Assembly (NCBI GenBank): GCA_963665295.1 | Contig: OY762209.1 | Location: 2,880,001-2,944,000 of the forward strand | DNA length: 64,000 nt | DNA from: Syntrophorhabdaceae bacterium | Lineage (GTDB): Bacteria; Desulfobacterota; Syntrophorhabdia; Syntrophorhabdales; Syntrophorhabdaceae | Direction: 5' to 3' | Shown here: positions 40,937 to 50,296 of the stretch, piece by piece | How the letters are laid out: every line of letters starts with the position of its first letter | Position numbering within the stretch: position 1 is the first letter of the stretch | Notes under the pieces: model-generated | The model's input: the letters and a program-made list of their open reading frames with translations, nothing else | Database searches by the model: none | Told to the model about the DNA's origin: nothing | Made by a program: the position numbers and the translations under genes

Positions 40937-41130
40937 ATGGAGGTCGAGGAGAAGCCCCTCCTCAAAGCCATGGGCCGGGTGTCGGCGGAGGATGCCCACG
41001 CCGGTATCGACCCGCCCCCGTCCGCCATTTCCGGTCCCCATGGGTATACGGTGAGGTCAACCGACATCAAAGGGGCGGGCCGGGCCACACCCGTGACTCT
41101 CACCATAGTCGAGACGGTGAGGGGGCAAAT
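40937..41130 (+). pseudogene. Degenerate N-terminal fragment of a second MoeA
   Basis: EEKPLLKAMGRVSAEDAHAGIDPPP..ISGPHGYTVRSTDIKGA...PVTLTIVETV matches the start of MoeA domain I/II, then similarity ends. Confidence 0.75.
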
Positions 41131-41269
41131 CTTTACGGCCTCTCGCCCAAACCCCCGGTCCCTCGTTAAACTATTCCGTTTGAATTGTTCTTGATTGTAT
41201 ACGATTAGCTGGCCTTTTAAGGAGCTTAGTGATACAATTACTCATCATGAATACAAGGATATACCTACC

Positions 41270-41452
41270 ATGATGGGTCATCATGAGCCTCCCAGGGAAC
41301 ATCTGTTTATGTACGTAATAAGTCTTGAGAACCGGGTCCGCAAGGACCATCCGTTGAGAAAAGTCAGGGGACTCATCGACTTCGACTGCATGTATAAGGA
41401 AGTGGAAGATACCTATGGAGACAATGGCAATGTTTCCATGCCTCCCCCGGTT
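41270..41452 (+). pseudogene. IS5/IS1182-type transposase N-terminal remnant
   Basis: MMGH...LFMYVISLENRVRKDHPLRKVRGLIDF..MYKEVEDTYGDNGNVSMPP; no catalytic part follows. Confidence 0.8.
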
Positions 41453-41617
41453 CCCGATCACCGCGATTTTTTGCCTTGTGGAGGATTCGGTGATGGACTG
41501 CGCGTTTTTTGGTGTAAAATGGGATAGGAGTTATTTGCTCCCGGGTGACGGAGACGGCTTTGCCCGACGGTGCTTTTGAGCGATCCGGGGCGGACAGGGT
41601 AACATTGGAGGGGCGGG

Positions 41618-42124
41618 ATGAAGAGACGGGAAGTCGTGGTGCGCGATCTTATGCAAGGGTATTACGTGTATTATCTTACCGAGGCCGTGGGCGAGAATTT
41701 TCATCCGGACTTCAGACCGGAGCTTACGCCCAAGGAGATGCTGTCCATGGGGGTGTTCGGGGGGAAATATATGACGGATTGCAGGGAGGAGTTTCCTGAC
41801 GACTGGTTTGTTAATGCGAGGCTTTGTCATGAGTTCCATGACCCTTCGCTCAATTTCTTCAGGGTGAACGCTTCCCAGCCCTTATCGGTGTGGCGGGAAA
41901 AGTGGTGGATCTACCATGAGGACCCGAGGGGATGGTTTCAGTGGTATTGCCGGTACTATATGGGGAGAAGGTGCGTGGACGATGCGCGGCAGATCAGGAG
42001 ATGGAAAGCGATGACCAGGCATGTGGCGCAGGTCAGGAAGCATTGTCGCGAAGGGGACCTTGCGTGCAGGCCGCGGCAGAGACAAGCCCTGCTGAACTGG
42101 GCCTACGACAGTCGAAACATATAG
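41618..42124 (+). CDS. Conserved hypothetical protein
   Basis: FRPELTPKEMLSMGVFGGKY and DPRGWFQWYCRYYMGRR..DD.RQIRRW motifs; good RBS. Confidence 0.8.
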   Translation: MKRREVVVRDLMQGYYVYYLTEAVGENFHPDFRPELTPKEMLSMGVFGGKYMTDCREEFPDDWFVNARLCHEFHDPSLNFFRVNASQPLSVWREKWWIYHEDPRGWFQWYCRYYMGRRCVDDARQIRRWKAMTRHVAQVRKHCREGDLACRPRQRQALLNWAYDSRNI

Positions 42125-42168
42125 GGAAGACGTAAGGGTTGCCGGAATTACGTCAGCCTCAAACTTCT

Positions 42169-43830
42169 TCATCGCCCGGCAGCCTTTTCAAAGAGTGTGG
42201 CAGCTTGTTTGGGGAGATAGACCTTGTCTGTTTTCGGCGCGAGCACCGCGATACCTTCCATGGTGTATTCCGTGCCCGAAGATTTTATACGCATGATGTT
42301 CTTGCCGAGGGGGAGTTCCGCCCGGGTGCCTCCTCTCTCCACGATCAGGGAAGGGTTCGCGGGGTTTGTTTTGTCGATGGAGACGTGGGTCCCCGTATTT
42401 GCGAAGACTTTGTCGGCGGGGGCGAACAACCGGCCGTCAACGGTGGCGAGATCAAAACCGAGGGCACGGGCGACCATGTGGGCAATGCCCGTGTTCTCCA
42501 TCATGGGCAAGGATTTGTTATATCCGTAATGATAGAGGAAAACATCCTCCCCCGTGTGGCCGGACGTTGTCCACCCGATACCTACCCGCTTGCTCATCAT
42601 TCTTCCGAGGATAGGGCCCACCTTTTTTGATCCCCCCAGGGCCTTGATTTCGTCGGAACTGAGGTCTTTGATGGCATAATACTCCGCCACCACAGTTTTG
42701 ATCTTTTCCTCGGAAGGGTCCGGGCCCAGCATTCCTTCCACTCCCTCGCCGGTGAGAATGGCCTTTTTCAAAGGTCCAAACATGGCTTCGTAGGAAAGTT
42801 TCGAGTATGTCCTGTCCGTCTCCTGGCTGCCCACAGACATGCCGCCGTTGCCATGGTCGGTAAAGGCAAGCACGAGGGTCCGGTCGTCCTTTTTCGCAAA
42901 ATCAAGGGCAACGCCCACCGCGTCGTCGAAGGCGAGAACTTCACTGACGACGCCCACGGGGTCATGGGCGTGGGAGGCCCAATCCACCTTGCTCCCTTCC
43001 ACGAGGAGAAGAAAGCCTTTGGGGTTCTTCGAGAGGATTTCTATGGCCTTTTGGGTCATTTCAGCCAGCGAGGGCTCTTGGGGCCTTGCCTTCGCCCGGT
43101 CGAAATCAAAGGCCATATAGTCATCGGCGAATATGCCCCATACCTTCGTTCCCTTGACCTTCGCCATGGCCCCCTTCGTTTCCGCAAAGGCATAGCCCTT
43201 TGATCTCAGGACCTCGATGAGGTCTTCGCCGTCCGTGCGCGTTCCCCCCTTCTCTTTGGGGAGGAGGTATTTTTTTCCACCTCCGAAGACGACATCAACT
43301 CCGAGAAAGACCTGCTGCTTCGCTATTTCGTTGTAATCGGAGCGATCAGGCCAGTGGGCCGAAAAGGCGGCCGGCGTGGCGTGCTGCATGTTGACGGTGA
43401 CCACCATGCCCACCGATTTTCCCGTGAGTTTCGCGCCTTCGAGCACAGTGGCAACAGGTTTGTATTTGAGGTCTTCCGTGATGGCGGGCGCGCCCGGAAT
43501 TGTGGACGGGCCGGGCAGGACGCCGATGAATTTGTCGGATGATTTGTGGCCCGTGGCAAAAGCAGTCGCTGCGGGGGCCGAATCGGTGATGAGCGAATTG
43601 GCGCAATATGTCCTCACGCCGCCCAGGGCCATACGGTCGAGGGCGAGGGGCGAACCCTTGTACCAGCGGGAGATGGTGGTATGGGCGGAACTGCAACCGT
43701 CGGGCACCATGACGATCACATTCCTGAATTTCTTTTCCGCCGCGTATCCGGGCTCGATGAGCGAGACGGATATGAAGAGCAGTAGTATATACCATCCCGT
43801 AATGTATGCAATTCTTCCGGCTCTTGTCAT
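42169..43830 (-). CDS. phoA: Alkaline phosphatase (exported)
   Basis: NVIVMVPDG, ITDSAPAATA (catalytic Ser), HATPAAF, VEGSKVDWASHAHD, TDHGNGG, GHTGEDV. Start placed at MTRAG after GGAGGAG. Confidence 0.92.
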   Translation of the reverse strand: MTRAGRIAYITGWYILLLFISVSLIEPGYAAEKKFRNVIVMVPDGCSSAHTTISRWYKGSPLALDRMALGGVRTYCANSLITDSAPAATAFATGHKSSDKFIGVLPGPSTIPGAPAITEDLKYKPVATVLEGAKLTGKSVGMVVTVNMQHATPAAFSAHWPDRSDYNEIAKQQVFLGVDVVFGGGKKYLLPKEKGGTRTDGEDLIEVLRSKGYAFAETKGAMAKVKGTKVWGIFADDYMAFDFDRAKARPQEPSLAEMTQKAIEILSKNPKGFLLLVEGSKVDWASHAHDPVGVVSEVLAFDDAVGVALDFAKKDDRTLVLAFTDHGNGGMSVGSQETDRTYSKLSYEAMFGPLKKAILTGEGVEGMLGPDPSEEKIKTVVAEYYAIKDLSSDEIKALGGSKKVGPILGRMMSKRVGIGWTTSGHTGEDVFLYHYGYNKSLPMMENTGIAHMVARALGFDLATVDGRLFAPADKVFANTGTHVSIDKTNPANPSLIVERGGTRAELPLGKNIMRIKSSGTEYTMEGIAVLAPKTDKVYLPKQAATLFEKAAGR

Positions 43831-44234
43831 AACGATTTCTCCTCCCGGCCTTTTGCCGTGCAACGCAGCGCGACTAATTCTAAATCAAACAAAGCAGAAT
43901 GTGTCAAAAAAAACGACTGCCGCCTTGATTTCTCCATAACTCCCGCAGCCTCCGCCTGACCATATTTTTTTCGGGAAATGTGATCTACATCACAGACTTA
44001 TCCGGGATGAAAACGTATACGTGTAAAATACTTCCGCAAATATCATCCGTCTCGCGGAGGCCGCCTCGTACCCGAATATACGGACGGGGACGCGGCTGCG
44101 CGTGTCGTCGTGCCGTGCGGCGATTGTCGATCGGGAGGCGGCCCACGGAGTGGATGCTCATAGGGGATGACTGTTCAGGAGGCGCGGCGTCGAGCGCCTG
44201 AAATGTCTGTCCGGAATCCGAAAGGAGAGGAAGC

Positions 44235-44753
44235 ATGAAGAATTTCAAAAAGCCGCTGATCATGTCAGGGGTATTTGTCGTTGGTTTCCTGTTGGGTTGC
44301 ATGCTGATGGGGGTTATGGCGATGAATGCCGGCAGGACGTTCCTGAGGATGGAGAGCGCCAATTACAGGCAGGAGCAGGAACTGCTCGGCGATCAATGCC
44401 TGAGACACGGCAATTTGACCAGGGCCTGGCTCCATTATGACAACGTTGTGCAGATCCTGTCCGCCGGGGACGCAAGAGCATTCAATCTCCGCCCGACGGT
44501 GTGGCCCCTGAGTTTCCCCGTCACCGCACTTATTTTGAATAAGATGGAATGCAGGACGGATTCAAGCGGGCGCGGCCGGGCGTTGGAGGAAGGGATAAGC
44601 AGGGGCAAACTGGCCCTGGCCCTGGAAAAGCAGGGCAGGAGCGGAGAAGCGCGCCTGGAATATCTGAGGGCCGCAAGGGCTATGGGGATGGGCGACAACG
44701 AGATCGGAAGAGTCAAGCAACTGGTGGAAGAGGTCTTGAGCGCCCGGGGGTAA
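44235..44753 (+). CDS. Hypothetical membrane-anchored protein
   Basis: N-terminal hydrophobic segment, helical TPR-like composition, RBS. Confidence 0.6.
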   Translation: MKNFKKPLIMSGVFVVGFLLGCMLMGVMAMNAGRTFLRMESANYRQEQELLGDQCLRHGNLTRAWLHYDNVVQILSAGDARAFNLRPTVWPLSFPVTALILNKMECRTDSSGRGRALEEGISRGKLALALEKQGRSGEARLEYLRAARAMGMGDNEIGRVKQLVEEVLSARG

Positions 44754-44782
44754 AAGAAGCGGGGTTCCCGTCCGAGGGGAAT

Positions 44783-46645
44783 CTATGTGTGCCCCGTATC
44801 GAGCACGGCGCGGATAGCCCGGGCTGCCTCGTTCCTTACCAGGGGCTTCATGAGAAAGCCCTTGATACCTGTGAGCTTTGCGGTCTGGGCGGAGACGGAA
44901 TCGCTGTGACCCGTGCAGAGGATGATCGGGATGTCGGGTCGTATTTTAAGGAGTTCCTCGGCAAGTTCAAGACCTGTAATCTCGGGCATGGTATGGTCGG
45001 TGAATACCAGGTCGAACCGCGACGGGTTTTTGGAGAAAGATTTCAGTGCCTCCACGCTGTCGGTCACCGCAGTTACCTTGTAGCCGAGTTTTCCGAGCAT
45101 GGTCCTGCCTAATTCCGCCAGGGTTTCTTCGTCATCCACAAAGAGAATGCGTTCTGTGCCCCGAGGGGGTTCTGCGACATCCGGGCCCGTGGAAAGGGTG
45201 TTCGCCCCGACCCTGGGGAGGAACACGCGGAACGTGGAGCCTATTCCAGGCGTGCTTTCAACGGTGATGTCCCCGTTGAGGCTCTTCACGATCCCGTACA
45301 CTACCGCAAGCCCCATGCCCGTGCCCTGGCCGAACCCCTTCGTGGTGAAGAAGGGCTCGAATATTCTTTTCATTACTTCGCCGTCTATGCCGGTGCCCGT
45401 GTCTTTTACGGTGAGCTGCACATAGGCGTCGGGGGCGAGTTGCTGGGTGAGGCTCAATGCGGGAACGGAATCCACATAAGCGAGGGCGACGCTCAAGGTC
45501 CCGCCTCCCTCATGCATGGCGTGAGCCGCGTTGGTGCAGAGGTTCATCAATATCTGTTGGACTTCGGCGGAATTTGCGAGGATCACGGCATCCTTTGCCT
45601 TAATGTCCGCGGATATCTCAATGGTGACCGGCAGAGAGGCCCTGAGCAGTTTTAACGTCTCCGTAATAAGGGTGGACAGGATGGTAGGTTTCCGCTCCCG
45701 TCCGGTCTTTCGGCTGAACGTGAGGATCTGCTGCACCAGTTCCCGCCCTCTTACCGCACTTTTGAGCACAAGCTTCAACCTGCGGTGGGCCGGACTGTCG
45801 GGCGGAGTGTCATCGAGAACAATTTCCGTAAAGCCTATTATGCCCGCGAGAATGTTGTTGAAGTCATGGGCTATCCCTCCGGCCAGGGTGCCTATGGCCT
45901 CCATCTTCTGGGATTGGCGGAGATGGGCCTCTGCCCGTTCGTGAGCGGTCAGGTCGAGACCATCTTCCATGATGCGAAATGGCGCGCCGTCTTCTCTCTG
46001 TGCGGAGTCGCCTGTAAAGTCAGGAAGACCGGCGTGCCCTGTGATTCTCGCGGTCTGCCCGTGCATCCGCTGTTCCAGTTCATCCCGCGCCTTTTGCATC
46101 TCCTCTTTTAGCCGTTCGTGCTCCGATATGTCTGTAAGAACCGCATGGATTACAGGATATCCTCCTTCCCGAGCGGCGATGCTGTCAAGTCTTACCCTTG
46201 CCGCGGCCCCTACCCGGTCTTCCAGGACGAGTTCGCAGGTCTGTTTCAGGGCACACCCCATGGTTTCCTGAACATGGCGATGGAAAATGTTCCGGAACTC
46301 CGGGAGGACGAAAGCCGAAAAGGGTTTGTCCAGGAGGGAACCTTTTTCAAAACCCATTAAGCCCGCGGCAGTGAGGTTGAGATCGTTGATGAACCCTTCA
46401 TTGTCGAAGGTGAGGAATCCTACGGGAGCAAGATCATAAAAAGCGGCATATTTCTGCGGGGCATCTTCGGCCTCGCGCTTCCGGCCCGGACTTTCGGAGC
46501 GTCCCGGTCCCGGGTCCCCGGGTCTCTCCGGGAGAGACTGTTCCGCCTCTTTTGGAGGCGTAAGATCATGCTTTGAACCTGGTCCGCTTTCGGGTATGAC
46601 CACGCCTCCGACCTCCAGCGCAAGTTTGTTGGAGCACACAACCAC
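44783..46645 (-). CDS. PAS hybrid sensor histidine kinase/response regulator
   Basis: AGGIAHDFNN, NLCTNA, DTGTGI, FEPFFTTK..GQGTGMGL, receiver FVDDE...TDHTMP...KP. Start uncertain. Confidence 0.9.
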   Translation of the reverse strand: MVVCSNKLALEVGGVVIPESGPGSKHDLTPPKEAEQSLPERPGDPGPGRSESPGRKREAEDAPQKYAAFYDLAPVGFLTFDNEGFINDLNLTAAGLMGFEKGSLLDKPFSAFVLPEFRNIFHRHVQETMGCALKQTCELVLEDRVGAAARVRLDSIAAREGGYPVIHAVLTDISEHERLKEEMQKARDELEQRMHGQTARITGHAGLPDFTGDSAQREDGAPFRIMEDGLDLTAHERAEAHLRQSQKMEAIGTLAGGIAHDFNNILAGIIGFTEIVLDDTPPDSPAHRRLKLVLKSAVRGRELVQQILTFSRKTGRERKPTILSTLITETLKLLRASLPVTIEISADIKAKDAVILANSAEVQQILMNLCTNAAHAMHEGGGTLSVALAYVDSVPALSLTQQLAPDAYVQLTVKDTGTGIDGEVMKRIFEPFFTTKGFGQGTGMGLAVVYGIVKSLNGDITVESTPGIGSTFRVFLPRVGANTLSTGPDVAEPPRGTERILFVDDEETLAELGRTMLGKLGYKVTAVTDSVEALKSFSKNPSRFDLVFTDHTMPEITGLELAEELLKIRPDIPIILCTGHSDSVSAQTAKLTGIKGFLMKPLVRNEAARAIRAVLDTGHT

Positions 46646-46817
46646 TACAATCTAGGCCGGGTAGACCCGTTTGTCAAGAACCATGTGAAGTTAGTGAAAT
46701 GACCCTTGACATCCTGTAAATCGGTTTTAACATTCGTAATATGGTCTTGCGGTTCAGGGGCGCCAGGGGAGGGTATTATGTTCTTAACGCACCACAATCC
46801 TAATCAGGAGGTGTAGT

Positions 46818-47033
46818 ATGCCCGGAAGTATTTACAAGATAGTAGAGTTGGTGGGTACGAGCACTACTTCATGGGAGGATGCTGCCCGCAACGCGGTTGA
46901 AACTGCATCGAAGACCCTGAAGGATCTGAGGGTTGCTGAGATTTCAAAACTGGACATGACCACGGAAGACGGCAAGGTTACAAGTTTTCGCGCCCGGGTG
47001 AACATTTCTTTCAAATACCACGGGGAAGAATAG
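46818..47033 (+). CDS. Dodecin (flavin-binding)
   Basis: IYKIVELVGTSTTSWEDAA..AVETASKTL, FRARVNISFKY; AGGAGG RBS. Confidence 0.92.
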   Translation: MPGSIYKIVELVGTSTTSWEDAARNAVETASKTLKDLRVAEISKLDMTTEDGKVTSFRARVNISFKYHGEE

Positions 47034-47296
47034 CACCTAGACAGGAGGTTGCAGGGAGCGGGTTTTTTCGCCCCTACGCCTTCCGCACACTCGATTATCC
47101 GTCCCGGACTGTGGCGCCCCTTGCCACCCAACTGAATAGTCCCCGCGCTTAAGGTCAGGCGCGGGGACGGATATCTTGACAATTTGCCTTAAACAGGCGT
47201 AACTCTTAATACAATCCCATGGCGGCATCATTCATCAAAAAAGGGTGCTCAGGCGAAGAAACAGTCGCGACCCGCAAGGTTAAGACGGCAAGGGCC

Positions 47297-47965
47297 ATGA
47301 ACGGCCCTAGGGGCGCCTTTATCATGCTGGGCGTGATTCACAGGGACGAATCAGGTCCCGGGCTTCTCGACCGGTGGCTCGGGGCTGTCAAACCGGACGT
47401 CGTTACCGTCGAGTTCTCGAATTACGGCATGACATTCAGAAAGAAATGGGGACCCCTGTACAGGCAGCGCATAGAGGAAGTCTGTAATAGGTTGAAAAGA
47501 GACAACGCCCCGTGTTATGACAATGCGATATCCATGGCGTTCTCCTACGTGGAGATGCCCTATGAGTTCGAAAGCGCTTCGCGGTATGGGCAGGAGTACG
47601 ATGTCCCGGTCATCCTGGTGGACATGGATTTTTTTTCTTACCTCAGACTGAGGGAGATAGAGGGACTTCTTTCCTCGGAAAACCTGGAGAAGCTCCTGTC
47701 TGAAGGCGGAGGCAGGGAGGCCGGGTATGAGCGCGTTCTCGCCCGCCTCTTTTTCGAGAACGGGGTGAGAACCGTGGCCTACACGGAAGAGATGAGAATA
47801 AGGGACCGGTATATGAGCAGCAAGATAGAGGCCGTTTCGGCGCGTTATAGAGGGAAAAGGCTCCTTCATATCTGCGGGTGGCAGCACCTCCAGGACCCCC
47901 ATGACCTTTACGGACCCCTGAATCCTATAAAGGTGTTTATTTATGATAAAACTTTTCGTGTTTGA
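47297..47965 (+). CDS. Hypothetical protein (TraB/ChaN-like fold possible)
   Basis: LGVIHRD, PDVVTVE, RDRYM, HICGWQHL; overlaps the next gene; start uncertain. Confidence 0.65.
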   Translation: MNGPRGAFIMLGVIHRDESGPGLLDRWLGAVKPDVVTVEFSNYGMTFRKKWGPLYRQRIEEVCNRLKRDNAPCYDNAISMAFSYVEMPYEFESASRYGQEYDVPVILVDMDFFSYLRLREIEGLLSSENLEKLLSEGGGREAGYERVLARLFFENGVRTVAYTEEMRIRDRYMSSKIEAVSARYRGKRLLHICGWQHLQDPHDLYGPLNPIKVFIYDKTFRV

Positions 47966-48560
47966 CCTCGGCAACGTGATTGTGCCTTACGAGCAAAGGC
48001 AGATCGTGGTGAAACTGCTCAGAAAGGCCAGGGGAAAGATAGTCCCCTCCCCTCACGAGTTTTCTTCCTTCCTTTTTGATATGAAGAAGGGGTTCATAAA
48101 CCCCTATGAGGAAGGGCTCATGACTTCCGAGGAGTTCTTTACCACCATACGGGACCGTTACGGGCTGGACCTCGACTTCGAGGAATTCAAGTCCATCTGG
48201 AACCTCATCTTCCGGAGCAATCCTGATGTGGACGAGATCATACACTACCTGAAGCGAAAGGGGTTCCCCATATTTCTTCTCAGCAACACCAACGAGCTTC
48301 ATTTCTCTCACATCTTGGAGCATCACCCCATCGTCCACTCCCTCGATGAATGGATACTCTCCTTCGAGGTGGGCGCCAAGAAACCCAAGAAGAGGATTTT
48401 CGACGTGGTTTTCGAGAAGATGGACATCGAATCCCAGGAGGTATTCTATATAGACGACATCCGCGAATACGTGGATGCCGCGAGGGGTTACGGGTTCCAG
48501 GGGATGGTCTTCCGTGACGCCGCCGGATTATGGGACACCTTCAAGAGAAACGGGATATGA
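47943..48560 (+). CDS. HAD-family phosphatase (YihX-like)
   Basis: VFDLGNV, LLSNTNELH, SFEVGAKKP, YIDD. Confidence 0.9.
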   Translation: MIKLFVFDLGNVIVPYEQRQIVVKLLRKARGKIVPSPHEFSSFLFDMKKGFINPYEEGLMTSEEFFTTIRDRYGLDLDFEEFKSIWNLIFRSNPDVDEIIHYLKRKGFPIFLLSNTNELHFSHILEHHPIVHSLDEWILSFEVGAKKPKKRIFDVVFEKMDIESQEVFYIDDIREYVDAARGYGFQGMVFRDAAGLWDTFKRNGI

Positions 48561-48634
48561 ACACGGCCCGAGGGCGCCGGACATGGACCGGCGCAGGAAA
48601 GTGACAACATGACGCAAGAAAAGGATTGACCCAC

Positions 48635-49423
48635 ATGATCGCATACCCCAGGATAGACCCGGTAATTCTCAAAATAGGGCCCTTGTCGCTCAGATGGTAC
48701 GGCCTTATGTATGTTGTCGGTTTTGTTTCTTCCTACCTCCTTGTGATCTATCAGATAAAGAAGGGGAAGACAAAGATAAGCCGGGCCGAGATCGATGACC
48801 TGTTCTTCTACCTGATCCTGGGCCTTATCGTGGGAGCGAGGCTCGGATACGTACTTTTTTACAACCTGAGTTTCTACCTCGAGAACCCGTCCGAGGCGCT
48901 CGTCCTGTGGCATGGCGGCATGTCGTTTCATGGCGGATTCCTGGGCGCGTTTATCGCAGGCTACATCGTGATAAAGAGAAAGCACCTCAATTTCTTCGGG
49001 ACCGCCGACCTTTTTATACCCACGTGTCCTATCGGGCTCGGATTCGGAAGGCTGGGCAACTTCATTAACGGCGAGCTTTTCGGGAAGCCGTCGGACGTGC
49101 CATGGGCAATGATATTCCCCCAGGGAGGGGCGATGCCGAGGCACCCGTCGCAACTCTACGAAGCGTTCCTGGAGGGTCTGGTAATGTTTGTCGTCCTCTG
49201 GATATACAAGGATAAAAAGAAGAGGGAGGGCGATGTCCTTGCCCTCTTCCTCGTTCTCTATGGCTGTTTCAGGGTATTCTGCGAGATGTTCAGGGAGCCC
49301 GACGTTCAGTTAGGCTATATCTTCGGCATCCTGTCAATGGGCCAGATATTGAGCATAATCATGATCCTTATCGGTCTCGGCCTGAAGTTCATATACCTTC
49401 CGCGAAGGGCGAAAGTCTCGTAA
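48635..49423 (+). CDS. lgt: Prolipoprotein diacylglyceryl transferase
   Basis: RWYGLMY, GARLGYVLFY, GGMSFHGG, GRLGNFINGELFG, RHPSQLYE. Confidence 0.96.
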   Translation: MIAYPRIDPVILKIGPLSLRWYGLMYVVGFVSSYLLVIYQIKKGKTKISRAEIDDLFFYLILGLIVGARLGYVLFYNLSFYLENPSEALVLWHGGMSFHGGFLGAFIAGYIVIKRKHLNFFGTADLFIPTCPIGLGFGRLGNFINGELFGKPSDVPWAMIFPQGGAMPRHPSQLYEAFLEGLVMFVVLWIYKDKKKREGDVLALFLVLYGCFRVFCEMFREPDVQLGYIFGILSMGQILSIIMILIGLGLKFIYLPRRAKVS

Positions 49424-49447
49424 TGAGCGCCCGTGCATACGAAGAGG

Positions 49448-50032
49448 TCAGATGAAATCGACTCTACCGCTTTCTATATCGTAGTATGCGCCCAGGATCT
49501 TCACTTTCCCCCCGTCCACCATGGGCAGGAGAATCGGTTTCGATGACGCGATCTGTTCCACCACGAGCTTGACGTTAGCTCTGATTGTATTGTCCGTGAG
49601 GTCGCCTTCGAGATTTTTCGCCTTTTCCAGGGCGGGCGTGATGGCGCGCACGATGCTGCCGATATGGCCGTGAGCCTCGCCTCCCTGTACGGTGGCCCCC
49701 ACGGCGCCGCATTTTCCGTGCCCGAGTACGACCACTACCGTGACCCCGAGGTGGTCAACCGCATATTCGATGCTCCCCATACCTATGTCGTCCAGTATAT
49801 TCCCTGCCACCCGGATTACGAACAGATCACCGAGTCCCTGATCAAATATGATTTCAGGGGGGATGCGCGAATCGGAGCAGCCGACTATTACGGCGATGGG
49901 GTGCTGCCCTTTCGAGACTTCTTTTATGCGGTTTGCGTCCTGGTTCGGATGGGTCGGTTTAGACGAAACGTACCGCGAGTTTCCCTCCGACAATACCTGT
50001 AATATCCTGTCACTATTCGAGTTATCGGACAT
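49448..50032 (-). CDS. Beta-class carbonic anhydrase
   Basis: GCSDSRIPPE, FVIRVAGN, LGHGKCGAV. Start placed at MSDNS; the longer track ORF overlaps the tRNA. Confidence 0.93.
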   Translation of the reverse strand: MSDNSNSDRILQVLSEGNSRYVSSKPTHPNQDANRIKEVSKGQHPIAVIVGCSDSRIPPEIIFDQGLGDLFVIRVAGNILDDIGMGSIEYAVDHLGVTVVVVLGHGKCGAVGATVQGGEAHGHIGSIVRAITPALEKAKNLEGDLTDNTIRANVKLVVEQIASSKPILLPMVDGGKVKILGAYYDIESGRVDFI

Positions 50033-50151
50033 GTGGCCCCCAATGAGTTGTTTTTTGACTATATTAAAGAATTGCGCATAAATCATCAAGGTTTTTCTCA
50101 TTGCCAAATCTTCTGGACTTTTCGGTAAATATTCTATAGAATGTTTGTCAT

Positions 50152-50225
50152 CGGGGCGTAGCGCAGTTTGGTAGCGCACTTGTATGGGGTGCAAGTGGCC
50201 GCTGGTTCAAATCCAGTCGCCCCGA
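50152..50225 (+). tRNA. tRNA-Pro(GGG), CCA not encoded
   Basis: CGGGGCGTAGCGCAGTTTGGTAGCGCACTTGTATGGGGTGCAAGTGGCCGCTGGTTCAAATCCAGTCGCCCCGA; anticodon loop ATGGGGT. Confidence 0.95.
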
Positions 50226-50296
50226 TTTATGATGCCTTGCATTGACTATTACATATCCTTTTCTCCTTCAACCATCGAATTTTCAACAGGTGATTC

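Noticed and set aside
50033..50194. N-terminal extension of carbonic anhydrase in the track ORF
   Set aside because: It overlaps tRNA-Pro and its promoter on the opposite strand; a better start lies at 50032.
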